Source: a virus (Duplodnaviria; Caudoviricetes). Taken from it: 64,000 nucleotides of DNA. Below the pieces are notes generated by a model, which searched no databases, was not told where the DNA came from, and saw only the letters and a list, made by a program, of their open reading frames with translations. The position numbers were made by a program, and so were the translations under genes. Shown here one piece after another: positions 1 through 9,877 of this stretch; positions within the stretch are counted from its first letter, which is position 1, and the number at the start of each line of letters is the position of its first letter. The stretch covers positions 1-64,000 of IMG/VR virus record IMGVR_UViG_3300020037_009644, one strand, 5' to 3'.

Positions 1-1
1 T

Positions 2-352
2 TACCAAACTGAAGCAATAAATAATGTGGCAAAGCAAGTTGAAAAAATGAAAGGGGTAACATTCCAAAACAAACCTTATTATGAATTGGAACTACCACCA
101 AACAGTATTGTTTATTGTGACCCACCATACGAGGGAACAACAAAATATGCTAATGACTTTGACCATAATCTTTTTTGGAATTGGGTAAGGAATATTAGCA
201 AACAAGGGCATACGGTATTTATAAGTGAATACAATGCACCTACTGACTTTGAATGTGTTTGGCAAAAAGAGGCAAAATCTTCTTTATCGGCAAATGGTGT
301 AATCGGTGGTAATAAGGTGAGCGTGGAAAAACTTTTTAAATTGAAAAAATAA
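2..352 (+). CDS. DNA adenine methyltransferase (D12/Dam-like), C-terminal part; 5' truncated by the window
   Basis: YCDPPY catalytic motif, then FDH..FW.W and VFISEY; frame is open from nt 2. Confidence 0.85.
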   Translation, partial: YQTEAINNVAKQVEKMKGVTFQNKPYYELELPPNSIVYCDPPYEGTTKYANDFDHNLFWNWVRNISKQGHTVFISEYNAPTDFECVWQKEAKSSLSANGVIGGNKVSVEKLFKLKK

Positions 353-353
353 T

Positions 354-980
354 ATGAACGAACACGATTTACTATTCAGATGTCATTGCTTATCAGACTT
401 TGCATCTACATCAGCAGAAGAAAATAAAAATCCATATTTCGCTACGTTGAAATCTATTGAAAAAGTACAAAGCGAATTAGAGACATTAAAACAAGCAAAA
501 GCTATTGAAGCCAGAAAGGAGTTATTAATAGAATTAAACGCTAAATTAGAAGAATACGAACCTTTTAAAGATAAAGTATACCTTTCTAAAACAGCGCACA
601 AAAGAATACTTAAAATGGCTCGTGAGATTAAGTATGGTATACGTGAGAATTTAGAAAATAAATATGTATTAAAAGGCTTAATGAATGAAGAAGATGCTAT
701 TTCACTTTGGTCATATGTTTCTGGAAAATTCCTTACAAAAAAATGGCGTGGATTGGAAGGTAAGCTTCAAAAATTAGCGGACAAGGCTGCTATTTCCGAA
801 GAGGCTTATTTTCTTTTGAAAATGGGGGATCTTTTTCGGGAAAACGGAAAGACCAATGTCCCGATGGAGCACCGGAATCATCTAATCCTAATTCAGGAGG
901 TATATCTAGATTTTTACGAGGAGGAGCGGGGATCGCTTAAATTGTTTTTCGACGAGGTTGCGAAGGGGATCGGATCATGA
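354..980 (+). CDS. Probably chimeric ORF: phage exonuclease-like N-terminus fused to an unrelated helical C-terminus with the FFxEV tag
   Basis: N-part (FRCHCL...LSKTA...YGI...NKYVLKG...EEDAI) resembles YqaJ/lambda-exonuclease N-termini; base composition shifts near nt 740; ends LFFDEVAKGIGS. Confidence 0.5.
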   Translation: MNEHDLLFRCHCLSDFASTSAEENKNPYFATLKSIEKVQSELETLKQAKAIEARKELLIELNAKLEEYEPFKDKVYLSKTAHKRILKMAREIKYGIRENLENKYVLKGLMNEEDAISLWSYVSGKFLTKKWRGLEGKLQKLADKAAISEEAYFLLKMGDLFRENGKTNVPMEHRNHLILIQEVYLDFYEEERGSLKLFFDEVAKGIGS

Positions 981-1771
981 TTCTTGGAATGGATAGCGAT
1001 TATTTCTATAACGATATCGTCGACGAGATCCTCGGGCTGGGGTTTTATGAGATCGGGTGCCTAATTCCGAGGTTCGTCTTCTCGAAGAGAGAACTTTCTT
1101 CGAGCTGGATCTCGTCGAACGCAAAGAGTCAGCGAGATAAGGTTATCACAAGCATCGAGCATGTTATGTTTTGCGCCCGGGGGATGTTTGGAGAGATGAA
1201 CTATGTCTTCAGCTCGATCGAATATGATTTGTCGTCGGTCAGACAGAAAATTGTTAGTTTAAAAGAGTCATATGGAAAAAGATTCAATTATTGTCTTCGG
1301 GACATTTACCGCCATATTAACGAAATAATTCGCAAGCTTTCAATTTATTTAATTCCAGCCCTTCGTGAAAGAAAGAGGATCCGGAGCGAGATTCCGAATG
1401 AGATAATGGTGGAGAGCGAGCATCTTCGGGAGAAATATTGGGAAATTGCAGCGCGAGAGAGGGCGATGTTTCAGCTTTACCATTTGCCGAATCCGGCATC
1501 CGAGGAGGTTTTTATTCTTGGGCTCTCCTCTATTCCCTATATTCAAATTTTGAACAATTTGATTTGGCTAGGAGTTCATTGGGAGGATCGAAAGATACTT
1601 TCGATAGGATTGCCGTACGATAATATGGAAGGTAATGTTGTTTTCAACATGATCGATCAAAGAGCTATGATCTTTGAAAAGCTAAATTACCAAATGAATC
1701 GGTTCGAGATATTGGAGGGAAGTCGGAGCGCGGCTCCTTTCTTTAGGGAGGTTTTGAGTGAAAATTGTTAA
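977..1771 (+). CDS. Hypothetical protein with C-terminal F[YF]xx[FLIV]L tag
   Basis: 264 aa ORF, ATGA overlap with the previous gene, ends PFFREVLSENC. Confidence 0.7.
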   Translation: MILGMDSDYFYNDIVDEILGLGFYEIGCLIPRFVFSKRELSSSWISSNAKSQRDKVITSIEHVMFCARGMFGEMNYVFSSIEYDLSSVRQKIVSLKESYGKRFNYCLRDIYRHINEIIRKLSIYLIPALRERKRIRSEIPNEIMVESEHLREKYWEIAARERAMFQLYHLPNPASEEVFILGLSSIPYIQILNNLIWLGVHWEDRKILSIGLPYDNMEGNVVFNMIDQRAMIFEKLNYQMNRFEILEGSRSAAPFFREVLSENC

Positions 1772-2525
1772 TGGCTTGCCTGAGAATTTCCTACCGAAGG
1801 AGATTCTTGATGATTTTAACGAGATGCGGGGGCTGGGGATCGATCTTGGAGATTTGATCCCCGGTAAAATTTTGTCTGGAACCGGGAGGTTTTTGTCGAG
1901 CCAGGAAGAGTTCGAAGAGGCTTGGAAATCCTATTTGGCGGCAGGGGATAAAGCAACTAATATCTTGTCGGGCTCGTTTGGATTGAGCTATGATGTTTTC
2001 AAAAAAGATCTTGAGATCTTGATAAAATGTTCGAAAATTCCAAATAGTGACGACGGAATCTATACCCTGAAAAACTTTGAGAAAAGGATCGTTGGATGGA
2101 TTAGAAATTTTCTAACCAACAATCTTCCTGAGCTTAGGAATATTGTCGCGAACCAGCATCGGGGGCATGAGGATCTTGATCTTAGCCTTATTTCCGGAAA
2201 AGATTTGGCTTTGTTTCGGTTCGGAATCTTTGATAAAGGCACGATTGACATCAGCAACATCTTGAAAAATTTGAAACTAAGATTGTTCTTGATCAATACG
2301 ACCGGAGGGAGATCCCCGAGGACGGACCCCGCTCCGTCCGATGGTAAAGAAGGCGGTCTGTTTGTCTTTAACCCGGCGTCCGGGATGACCTTTTTTGATT
2401 TTCTTGATTATTTGATCGAAAGAGCCGAAGTGAGATTGGACGAGGTCAGATCTGAGCAGGAGATTAAATTCTCAGCTCCGTTCTATATCGATTTCTTGAA
2501 GGAGATGGTGTCCAGTGGAGATTGA
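1758..2525 (+). CDS. Hypothetical protein with C-terminal tag
   Basis: 255 aa, GGAGG RBS, ends PFYIDFLKEMVSSGD. Confidence 0.7.
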   Translation: MKIVNGLPENFLPKEILDDFNEMRGLGIDLGDLIPGKILSGTGRFLSSQEEFEEAWKSYLAAGDKATNILSGSFGLSYDVFKKDLEILIKCSKIPNSDDGIYTLKNFEKRIVGWIRNFLTNNLPELRNIVANQHRGHEDLDLSLISGKDLALFRFGIFDKGTIDISNILKNLKLRLFLINTTGGRSPRTDPAPSDGKEGGLFVFNPASGMTFFDFLDYLIERAEVRLDEVRSEQEIKFSAPFYIDFLKEMVSSGD

Positions 2526-2946
2526 AGAATGGCTTAAGGAGGGTGGGCACGTAATCTTTGTCCCGGTTCTCCCGGCGGCGAAAATGGGGATGATCGATCT
2601 TGATAATTTGAAGAGAGCGATCCCTAACCATGATTACATTGCTTCTCAAGATAATTTTTGCTTTCAATATGGGGTCGCTCTTAATTTCTTGAAAAAGAAT
2701 GACAAGACATTTGAGATGAGCGAAGAACTGAAAATCCGATTATCTGATATTATTGACCAGATCAATCAGATGACCGTTGAGAATGATTTTTCAACTCCAT
2801 TGGGTATCGTATCCAAGAGCTTTTTAATCCTTCACGATATTTTGGTTGAGTATTACCTTGGGTATGTCAAAAATGTCGTCGATCGGTTGATTCCGAGCTG
2901 TTCGTCATTTTATTCTGATTTTTTGGAGCAATTTAAGAATGATTAA
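2515..2946 (+). CDS. Hypothetical protein with C-terminal tag
   Basis: 143 aa, ends SFYSDFLEQFKND. Confidence 0.7.
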   Translation: MEIEEWLKEGGHVIFVPVLPAAKMGMIDLDNLKRAIPNHDYIASQDNFCFQYGVALNFLKKNDKTFEMSEELKIRLSDIIDQINQMTVENDFSTPLGIVSKSFLILHDILVEYYLGYVKNVVDRLIPSCSSFYSDFLEQFKND

Positions 2947-3547
2947 TACAAAGGAAATTTTGAATTCCCATCAAGCGTATCTTGATTGCAAATTATCGTT
3001 TAAAGATTGTCTTTCTTTGGATAAAATAGAAGAATTTATCGAAGATTCTTGGGTTTTTGGTGTTAATAGTAGTAATTGTTCTGAATATGCCAAGTTAACC
3101 CAGACCCTTGGGGAATTAAATATTTCTTGGTTAGATAAGAAGGAGCTTTATGAAAATATTCACGTCTTTAGTCCAAAAATAATCTTGACGGGCTTTACTT
3201 TGCCGAAAAATTTTCTTCCAAGATATGAAGAGCCTCTTTTTCTTGCGATAGAGTATTATTATGTTTTGCTCTCGAATGCCAGAGAGATTTTTTCCGTCGA
3301 AATGAAGGATTCGGAGGCGAAGTCCGAATATCTTGACCAGATTGATCAATCTTTGAACATCCTATGCTCTCAGGATATCGAAGAGGTCGTTTATACGGTC
3401 TATTACCTTCAGACATTGCTTGATGATTTGCTGAGTTATTATTGCAGGGAAATTAGAATGGATCTAATAAAAAATAACGAAAGCGAGAGGCTGAAGATCG
3501 TTTCTTTTTTCCAGGAGATTATTGAGTCAAATGCCTCTTCTTGTTAA
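2939..3547 (+). CDS. Hypothetical protein with C-terminal tag
   Basis: 202 aa, ends SFFQEIIESNASSC. Confidence 0.7.
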   Translation: MINTKEILNSHQAYLDCKLSFKDCLSLDKIEEFIEDSWVFGVNSSNCSEYAKLTQTLGELNISWLDKKELYENIHVFSPKIILTGFTLPKNFLPRYEEPLFLAIEYYYVLLSNAREIFSVEMKDSEAKSEYLDQIDQSLNILCSQDIEEVVYTVYYLQTLLDDLLSYYCREIRMDLIKNNESERLKIVSFFQEIIESNASSC

Positions 3548-3914
3548 GTATATTTCGGAGCTGGATTGTCGGTGGCAGATCCATGGAATGGCTCAGATCA
3601 AGCCGAAAAAACTTGCCAAGATCAAAGAACTTTATCAGAAGATTTCCAAGATTGTTCTGGCTATAGAAGATAATCCGACCCCGGAAACAATGAAAACGCG
3701 CGATGCGGCGCTTACCATTTTGAACAAGATCACAAATCCAACGGTGGGATCTATTTTGGGAGTTGATGATGTGATTAAGTTGGTCTCGGAGTTCTACGAA
3801 ATGAGCAAAGAAATTGTCGAGAACGAGGCAAGCAAGATGGCTGAAGAACAAGACCAAATGACGAAGTTTTTTCAAGAGGTTATGGAGGAAAATAGACATG
3901 AGCCAATATGTTGA
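3522..3914 (+). CDS. Hypothetical protein with C-terminal tag
   Basis: Helical ORF, ends KFFQEVMEENRHEPIC. Confidence 0.7.
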   Translation: MSQMPLLVKYISELDCRWQIHGMAQIKPKKLAKIKELYQKISKIVLAIEDNPTPETMKTRDAALTILNKITNPTVGSILGVDDVIKLVSEFYEMSKEIVENEASKMAEEQDQMTKFFQEVMEENRHEPIC

Positions 3915-4362
3915 TTATCACCCTTGGATGATTAAAAATTGTCCCCAACTCTTTGAAGAGGAAAAGAATGACAATCTTTTCGAGGAATCTGAGGGACATC
4001 TTGGATCCAAGCAACATCATTACGGTTATCGAAGAAGAAATAACGGCAAACTTCATCGGCTAGGATACCCGGCTATTTTCTATCCTCATTCTGGATCGTA
4101 TAAGTTTTATCAAGAGGGGAAGCTTCATCGCGGAGGAGATCTTCCGGCGATCTTGATGTGCAGTCGAGAGAAGGTTTCGGTCCTATTCTTCAATAACGAC
4201 AATTTACATCGCAATAATGGTCCCGCCATCCTGAAATTGAACAAAGCCGATGGCAAGATTTTGGAAGAGCAATACTTTGTCAACGGGCAGAAGTTTAACA
4301 AAGAAGATGTTGATAAGACCTCTATCTTTTATCGAGATTTTTTGAAGGGGCTGTTGCTATGA
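3898..4362 (+). CDS. LHRxxGPA-repeat protein with C-terminal tag
   Basis: Three repeats (LHRLGYPA, LHRGGDLPA, LHRNNGPA); ends IFYRDFLKGLLL. Confidence 0.75.
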   Translation: MSQYVDYHPWMIKNCPQLFEEEKNDNLFEESEGHLGSKQHHYGYRRRNNGKLHRLGYPAIFYPHSGSYKFYQEGKLHRGGDLPAILMCSREKVSVLFFNNDNLHRNNGPAILKLNKADGKILEEQYFVNGQKFNKEDVDKTSIFYRDFLKGLLL

Positions 4363-4574
4363 CCTCGGACAGAAGAGCCTATTCAATTTTAGAGACGATT
4401 GTCTTCTCGATGTCTTTTATTCTGGGAATCGTGATGCTGTTGATCTCGATTAATTTAATTCGGACCCACATCAGTTCCTCGTCGAGGATTTTCTTTTTGA
4501 TTTCGGGTTGGATTTTGACAATGGTCGGAGCTATTGAAATTCTTGAGAAAAGAAAACAATCAGCGGGGAAATAA
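4359..4574 (+). CDS. Small two-TM membrane protein
   Basis: Two hydrophobic stretches; ATGA overlap. Confidence 0.6.
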   Translation: MTSDRRAYSILETIVFSMSFILGIVMLLISINLIRTHISSSSRIFFLISGWILTMVGAIEILEKRKQSAGK

Positions 4575-4595
4575 AATATCGGACCAGAATCATTC

Positions 4596-4624
4596 TTGAC
4601 CTTTGGGGAGGGAACAGTTAGACT
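4596..4624 (+). promoter_or_regulatory. Sigma70-type promoter for the AAA ATPase unit
   Basis: TTGACC-17 nt-TAGACT in the intergenic gap. Confidence 0.7.
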
Positions 4625-4699
4625 ACATCATCGATGCCATGATTTCATCTCACGCCTCGACTCACTCTTAAATTAAATGCATGAAAGGAACCGCCGACC

Positions 4700-6043
4700 A
4701 TGACAGAAGAAAAAGAAACGACAAAAGAGACCAAGATCGAAGACAACGAAAAGGAAATCGGCGGGGAGAACAAGAAGAGTTCGGGAGCCTTGGTTCTTGT
4801 TAAGGAAAAATATCAAAACGCCAAGCTGTTCTTCAACAAGCATAAAGAAAAATATCTCCCGTGGTATAGTTTCGCTCATGACGTCCTGATGTTCGCGGAT
4901 CAACTTCCGATTGCTCCCAAGTTTTACAATTACATGTATATGGGATACCAGGTCGTCGAGAGCTACATGGAACTATTTGATAGGAGCTCTCCAGTTTCTC
5001 CGCTTTTGAAGCATAAATTAGAAGGAACCATTTGTTACGAGATGAATAGCGAGTGGGTCAGGTCGCTAATTTGGAAGAAATACGGCGATGGAGCTAATCT
5101 GGTCTACGAGAATGAGGAGATGAAGACATTTATCGTCGACATCGAAGACGTTAAGATTGGTTGGTTTGAGAATACCAAGGATAAGACCGTCTCGAATATT
5201 TTCGTTCATCCGGAGAAAAAAGATGAGTTTCATAAGATTATCAAGGAACTGGTGCGATCAGAATTTCCTAGCGGAAGAATGGTTCTCTCTGGAAAGACCA
5301 GGAAGGTTATCGTCGATAGCTCAAAAAACAAAATCATTAAGTTTCAGAAATGTCTCGAGCTGACCGAGGAGATCAAGGAATTTTGGGAAGCTAAAGAGAA
5401 CCGAAGCATCTTGTTCTACGGTCCTCCTGGTAGCGGGAAAACAAACTTGATCAAAGCAATTGCCGATGAGCTGAATGCCACCATTTTGAAGTTTGGGGAT
5501 CTTGACGACCTCGAGGTTTCTTTTATGATGGAGGTTATTCGTATTTGTAAGCCCGACTGCATTATCTTCGACGACATTGATAACATGTCGATGTCTTCTC
5601 TTCAGAAGCTTTTGGAAGAGATTGAGATGATTTCTTCGGAAGTTAAGCTCGTCATGAGCTCGGCAAATCATATTAACGAGCTGGATCCGGCTTTGATCCG
5701 ACCCGAGCGATTTGATAAGCTGATTGAGATTAAGACCCTCGATAAAGAGGTCATCATGAAACTTATCTCGGGAGAAGGACCCGACGATGAAGAACTGTTT
5801 GAATTGGTCAAAGAGATGCCGATTGTCTCCATTAACGAGATCATGAAGAGAATTAGAGTTCTCGGAAGAGAAAAAGCTCTTGCCAATATCGGAGATATCA
5901 CCGACCGATTGGCTTCGATGAACATGAACAATTATTCTCTCCAGAAACATCGTGGGTATGGCAATATCGACCATTTAATTCGCGAGATGGATGATGACGA
6001 TGATTTGGATGATGACGACATTGAATTCGACGAGGAGGATTGA
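4700..6043 (+). CDS. AAA+ ATPase with acidic C-terminal tail
   Basis: Walker A GPPGSGKT, Walker B IIFDDID, second region of homology LDPALIRPERFD. Confidence 0.9.
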   Translation: MTEEKETTKETKIEDNEKEIGGENKKSSGALVLVKEKYQNAKLFFNKHKEKYLPWYSFAHDVLMFADQLPIAPKFYNYMYMGYQVVESYMELFDRSSPVSPLLKHKLEGTICYEMNSEWVRSLIWKKYGDGANLVYENEEMKTFIVDIEDVKIGWFENTKDKTVSNIFVHPEKKDEFHKIIKELVRSEFPSGRMVLSGKTRKVIVDSSKNKIIKFQKCLELTEEIKEFWEAKENRSILFYGPPGSGKTNLIKAIADELNATILKFGDLDDLEVSFMMEVIRICKPDCIIFDDIDNMSMSSLQKLLEEIEMISSEVKLVMSSANHINELDPALIRPERFDKLIEIKTLDKEVIMKLISGEGPDDEELFELVKEMPIVSINEIMKRIRVLGREKALANIGDITDRLASMNMNNYSLQKHRGYGNIDHLIREMDDDDDLDDDDIEFDEED

Positions 6044-6046
6044 AAC

Positions 6047-6886
6047 ATGCCCGAAGGACCCGAGGTCAAGCTAATTTCTGATCATCTGCAACAGTTTGTC
6101 GGAAAGGCTATTTCCGGAACAGAGTTGAACCCATTATCTCGATACAAAGGGGCTAGAGCCAATCAAGCCGGGACGGCAACGATTAAAAACGGAGACGTCA
6201 TCTCGAAGATCGAGTGCAAAGGAAAGCAAATCTTTTGGGAAATCGGGGGAAAGTTCTATCAGAACAGGATGGGAATGACCGGCTATTGGAGCAGGATTAA
6301 GGGAAAGGCTCCCGCGGCGAACGTCCTCGGTCTAGAAATTGAAGGAGGCGGCTGGATCTATTTCAACGACGAGAGACATTTCGGAGATTTTATTCCTATG
6401 TCGGTTCTTGATAAGAAAAAGAAAATCGCGAGTCTTGGGTTCGACCTTTTGAATGATCGAGATTATGTCTCGTTGGACCAATTCTTGGACCGGTGGGAAA
6501 AATTGAACGGAACCTGGCAGCTGGCGGAAGTATTGATGGACCAGGAGGCGATCGTTTGCGGGGTTGGAAACTATCTAAAATGCGAGGTGTGTTACAATAT
6601 CGGGATCGATCCAAGGACCACGGTCTACCAATTTTCGAAGAGTCCAGAGTTGATCAAGGAATTGTTTGAGAACATTAAGGAAACGATGGAGTATAGCTAT
6701 CGAGCGAATGGAAATTCGTTTAAGAATTTTGAGACTCTTGGAGGAGAAAAGGGAGAATTCAAGAATTATTTGAAGGTCTATCGACAGTCCAAGGATCCCA
6801 ACGGGAATAAGGTAACCAAGCATGTGACCCGAGATAAGAGGACCAGCTGGATTTCTGAAGCTGCTCAGACCTGGATCAAACCATGA
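6047..6886 (+). CDS. Fpg/Nei-family DNA glycosylase/AP lyase
   Basis: N-terminal MPEGPEV, KGK, GMTG, F.D.R.FG, H2TH GVGNYL; no Cys4 finger. Confidence 0.9.
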   Translation: MPEGPEVKLISDHLQQFVGKAISGTELNPLSRYKGARANQAGTATIKNGDVISKIECKGKQIFWEIGGKFYQNRMGMTGYWSRIKGKAPAANVLGLEIEGGGWIYFNDERHFGDFIPMSVLDKKKKIASLGFDLLNDRDYVSLDQFLDRWEKLNGTWQLAEVLMDQEAIVCGVGNYLKCEVCYNIGIDPRTTVYQFSKSPELIKELFENIKETMEYSYRANGNSFKNFETLGGEKGEFKNYLKVYRQSKDPNGNKVTKHVTRDKRTSWISEAAQTWIKP

Positions 6887-7158
6887 AAAAGAAAGAGATG
6901 AGCCAGGAATTTTGGGCTCTGAGAAGGAGTCTTTTTCGATTGGCATTATTGAAATCCAATGGAATTGACGTTTTGGTCGGGCTCGAAAAGAAATTGATCA
7001 TTGATAAGTTTCAGAGGCTGAACGAAGGCGACGTCGACCATGTTCTTAACCTGATGGAGAATTGGGAGGGGAATTTTCTTCTCGAGAAAGAAATTTGGGA
7101 TAAGGAATCAGAAGATGTGATTAAAGAGGTTGATCTCGACCTCGAAAAGCTTCATTAA
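6883..7158 (+). CDS. Hypothetical protein
   Basis: 91 aa, ATGA overlap. Confidence 0.6.
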   Translation: MKKKEMSQEFWALRRSLFRLALLKSNGIDVLVGLEKKLIIDKFQRLNEGDVDHVLNLMENWEGNFLLEKEIWDKESEDVIKEVDLDLEKLH

Positions 7159-7194
7159 GGATGGGTTATTTTGTCAATATTTCGATATTGAAGA

Positions 7195-7794
7195 ATGAAG
7201 AATAGCGACAATCTCCATAAACTCTCGAATTATTTTGAAGGTAAGCTTGTTTCATTGGCAGCCAAAGAAAGGACCAATAAGAAAAAGATTAACAAAGAGT
7301 GGGAGAAATCAAAGGCAGAATATGCCAAGATTAAAGCTATTGTTGACGATCTTCAGGACAAGAAGCAAGACGCAGAGCAAAAGCTGGAATCAGCAAGCAA
7401 TCAATGCTCGGCAGCTAGAAAAAAGATGATGGGGCTGATGAAGACGATTCAGCACATGGACATCTCGAATGCCTCGGACGCTGTTTTTTACAACGATGAT
7501 TACGGTGACGTTGGATACGTTATCGGAAATAAGGAATATCATCTCTCGCTGAACGATGACGGGGAGATGAATGTCGTTCCGATGCTGACCCACCGAAGGA
7601 ACCGAAAGCAACAGAACCAACCGTCGGCGTTGAATGAACAGGTGGTCGGAGAGGAAGATAAGATTGCCGAAGATCTTGATGCCGAGAAGGGTGAGGATCC
7701 GAAGGAGCATAAAGAGGGTGACGATGTCGATGAGTGCGAAGACGTTGGATTCATTCACGATTTGAGCCTTCTTTATTCCGATCTCGTCGAATGA
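7195..7794 (+). CDS. Coiled-coil hypothetical protein (possibly virion)
   Basis: 199 aa ORF preceded by the GATATT-N5-ATG motif. Confidence 0.6.
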   Translation: MKNSDNLHKLSNYFEGKLVSLAAKERTNKKKINKEWEKSKAEYAKIKAIVDDLQDKKQDAEQKLESASNQCSAARKKMMGLMKTIQHMDISNASDAVFYNDDYGDVGYVIGNKEYHLSLNDDGEMNVVPMLTHRRNRKQQNQPSALNEQVVGEEDKIAEDLDAEKGEDPKEHKEGDDVDECEDVGFIHDLSLLYSDLVE

Positions 7795-8150
7795 TTTACC
7801 CGGCGGGGGCTGTTGTTTTTGTTAATGATGATTTGGTCGTAGGGACCGAAGAGGTTTTGATGAAACAATTGTACCTTGATAGGGTCGTTGACGGATATGT
7901 TTATGACGACGAAGTTGCCGCAAATTCCGATTATCCCGAGATGGTAAGGCTGGCTGGAGAAAAATTATTGGTCCGGAGGAGTCTCGATGACATGACCAAT
8001 CGAGAAACCGCGGATCTTGTTTTGTTTGTTAAACATGGACTGGCTGCGGTCTTGAAATGTAATTTTGGACCCCACGAGAAAACAGCTCAGGTTTCGTCGA
8101 TTGGCTGGAAGATATTGGGATTTCATGGCGGGAATCATAGTATTTTATGA
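7791..8150 (+). CDS. Hypothetical protein
   Basis: Likely start at ATG 7791 (ATGA overlap) rather than 7734. Confidence 0.6.
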   Translation: MIYPAGAVVFVNDDLVVGTEEVLMKQLYLDRVVDGYVYDDEVAANSDYPEMVRLAGEKLLVRRSLDDMTNRETADLVLFVKHGLAAVLKCNFGPHEKTAQVSSIGWKILGFHGGNHSIL

Positions 8151-9226
8151 ATGAGTACGAATATTTAGATCAAATTTCTGCCGATATCAAAAATGGAAAG
8201 CCAATAAGCAATCCAATTCCATATAACATGGAAATGATGGATTTAAATGGAGGAGTTTTTCTTTCTAAATTGGTTGATCCGTCTGATAGATCAATAGTTC
8301 ATTGTGATCTTCAAAACATAATAGTTGAAATACTCAATGGTGTAATTACCAATTGTCAATTGGCAAATTCTTGGATTAAAAAATCTATTATTGGATTATT
8401 TGAAAATTGTAATCTCACCAACTGCCAAGCCAATTCTGTCAATATAAAAGATTCAGATTTTTATATATGTGTATTTGACGGATCTAGCTTTAAAAGCTGC
8501 AAAATTGCTAATTCTTTTTTAAGTGAATCCAGATTAGAAGCTACCGATTTTTCAAGTTGCGAAATCAACAATGTAGATTTGAGTAGATGTAATTTTTTAG
8601 ATACGGTCTTTTCTAATAGCAAAATATCTAATGGGAATTTCGCCGTATCGTATTTCGATAATTGTGATTTTGATAATTCGGTTATCAAAATACTGTTTTC
8701 TGATAGCAAATTTTTACATACCAGTTTCAAAAAGGCTGATTTATCTGAATCAGAACTTAATACATCGCATTTTATCAATTGTTCTTTTGAAGGAGCTAAT
8801 CTAAAAAACTGCAACATAACCCATTGCTCTTTTGAGGATTGTAATTTCGAAAGATGCATTCTCCCGGACGGGAAGATTGGCAGCCACAAAACAGAGCTGG
8901 GATCCAATGGACAATATCATTCTAAATCATTGATGTCCGAGCGAGAGGTTAGACTGCTTGAGGAAGGTGAGGCTTTGGAAAAAGAAGCTTCTTCGAAAAA
9001 GAAGGTTCCCGAACAACTTTCTCTTTTTCCAAGAAAAAAGGATGAAGTAAGACAAGTTCCACTCGAAGAAGTGGATCGGTGGCTTCGCGATTTCGACGAT
9101 GGAAAATTAGAAATCAAAGAGCCAAGAATAAGAAAAGCGATTGAAAATAATAGATTAAGCTCGATGGAGCAAGAGTTTAGAATTAGAAAGCTGAAAGAAC
9201 TCTTGGCTTCGCTCGACACCAAATAG
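8147..9226 (+). CDS. Pentapeptide-repeat protein
   Basis: Long run of 5-residue repeats (ADLSE, ANLKN, CSFED, CNFER); C-terminal region contains QLSLF. Confidence 0.85.
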   Translation: MNEYEYLDQISADIKNGKPISNPIPYNMEMMDLNGGVFLSKLVDPSDRSIVHCDLQNIIVEILNGVITNCQLANSWIKKSIIGLFENCNLTNCQANSVNIKDSDFYICVFDGSSFKSCKIANSFLSESRLEATDFSSCEINNVDLSRCNFLDTVFSNSKISNGNFAVSYFDNCDFDNSVIKILFSDSKFLHTSFKKADLSESELNTSHFINCSFEGANLKNCNITHCSFEDCNFERCILPDGKIGSHKTELGSNGQYHSKSLMSEREVRLLEEGEALEKEASSKKKVPEQLSLFPRKKDEVRQVPLEEVDRWLRDFDDGKLEIKEPRIRKAIENNRLSSMEQEFRIRKLKELLASLDTK

Positions 9227-9250
9227 CAAAAAAAAATTGAGAAAGATGAC

Positions 9251-9574
9251 ATGAAAGAAACAAAACTTTATCATTGCACCGAAGGAAAAAGTAACAAATT
9301 CTGGGAAATCTCTTGGTTTACCGAAGGAAAAACCTATATTGCCAGGTGGGGCAAGATTGGAACTGCTGGTCAAGAGAAACAGTCGGATTTTTATAGCACC
9401 AAAGAAAGAGACACCGATCTAAAGAAGCTCATCTCTTCAAAAGAAAAGAAGGGATATGTTGAGAAGTTTTCATCCTCGGCAAAAAAAGAAAAACTAGTTC
9501 TAAATCTCGAGGAAAGAAAAGCTGCTGCGTCATTTTATTCTGACCTTTTGTCTGATTTGGATGAAGAGAAATGA
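9251..9574 (+). CDS. WGR-domain protein with C-terminal tag
   Basis: SNKFWEI...RWGKIGTAGQ...KEKKGY; ends SFYSDLLSDLDEEK. Confidence 0.85.
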   Translation: MKETKLYHCTEGKSNKFWEISWFTEGKTYIARWGKIGTAGQEKQSDFYSTKERDTDLKKLISSKEKKGYVEKFSSSAKKEKLVLNLEERKAAASFYSDLLSDLDEEK

Positions 9575-9768
9575 AAGCCAGATCAAGAAGAGAGCGCAAA
9601 ATTAACAAAGAGCTTATTCTGAAAAAGAAAAGAAACCAAGAGCAAGAAAAAATAAGAGCTCGACATTTCTTTCAAAGATTAATATTCGAGGAGGTCAAGA
9701 AAGTCAAGAAAAATGATAAAGCCAATCTTCAAAGCAGCTCCGAAGAAAAAAACCAAAAAACTCATTGA
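9571..9768 (+). CDS. Small basic protein
   Basis: K/R-rich; internal HFFQRLI resembles the tag. Confidence 0.5.
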   Translation: MKARSRRERKINKELILKKKRNQEQEKIRARHFFQRLIFEEVKKVKKNDKANLQSSSEEKNQKTH

Positions 9769-9877
9769 AGAAAAAGATGAGATCAAGCAAAAGATTGAGT
9801 CATTTAACCAAGATGCGGCTAAAGATTTTTATCAATCATTTTTGAAAGATTGGAGCCAGGATGAAAAAGGAATTTAA
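9713..9877 (+). CDS. 54-aa protein, essentially a basic helix plus C-terminal tag (missing from the ORF track)
   Basis: MIKPIFKAAPKKKTKKLIEEKDEIKQKIESFNQDAAKDFYQSFLKDWSQDEKGI. Confidence 0.65.
   Translation: MIKPIFKAAPKKKTKKLIEEKDEIKQKIESFNQDAAKDFYQSFLKDWSQDEKGI

Noticed and set aside
5321-5974. Long antisense ORFs (this one, 40563..41132, 45478..46026 and others)
   Set aside because: They lie fully opposite well-supported genes and are shadow frames.
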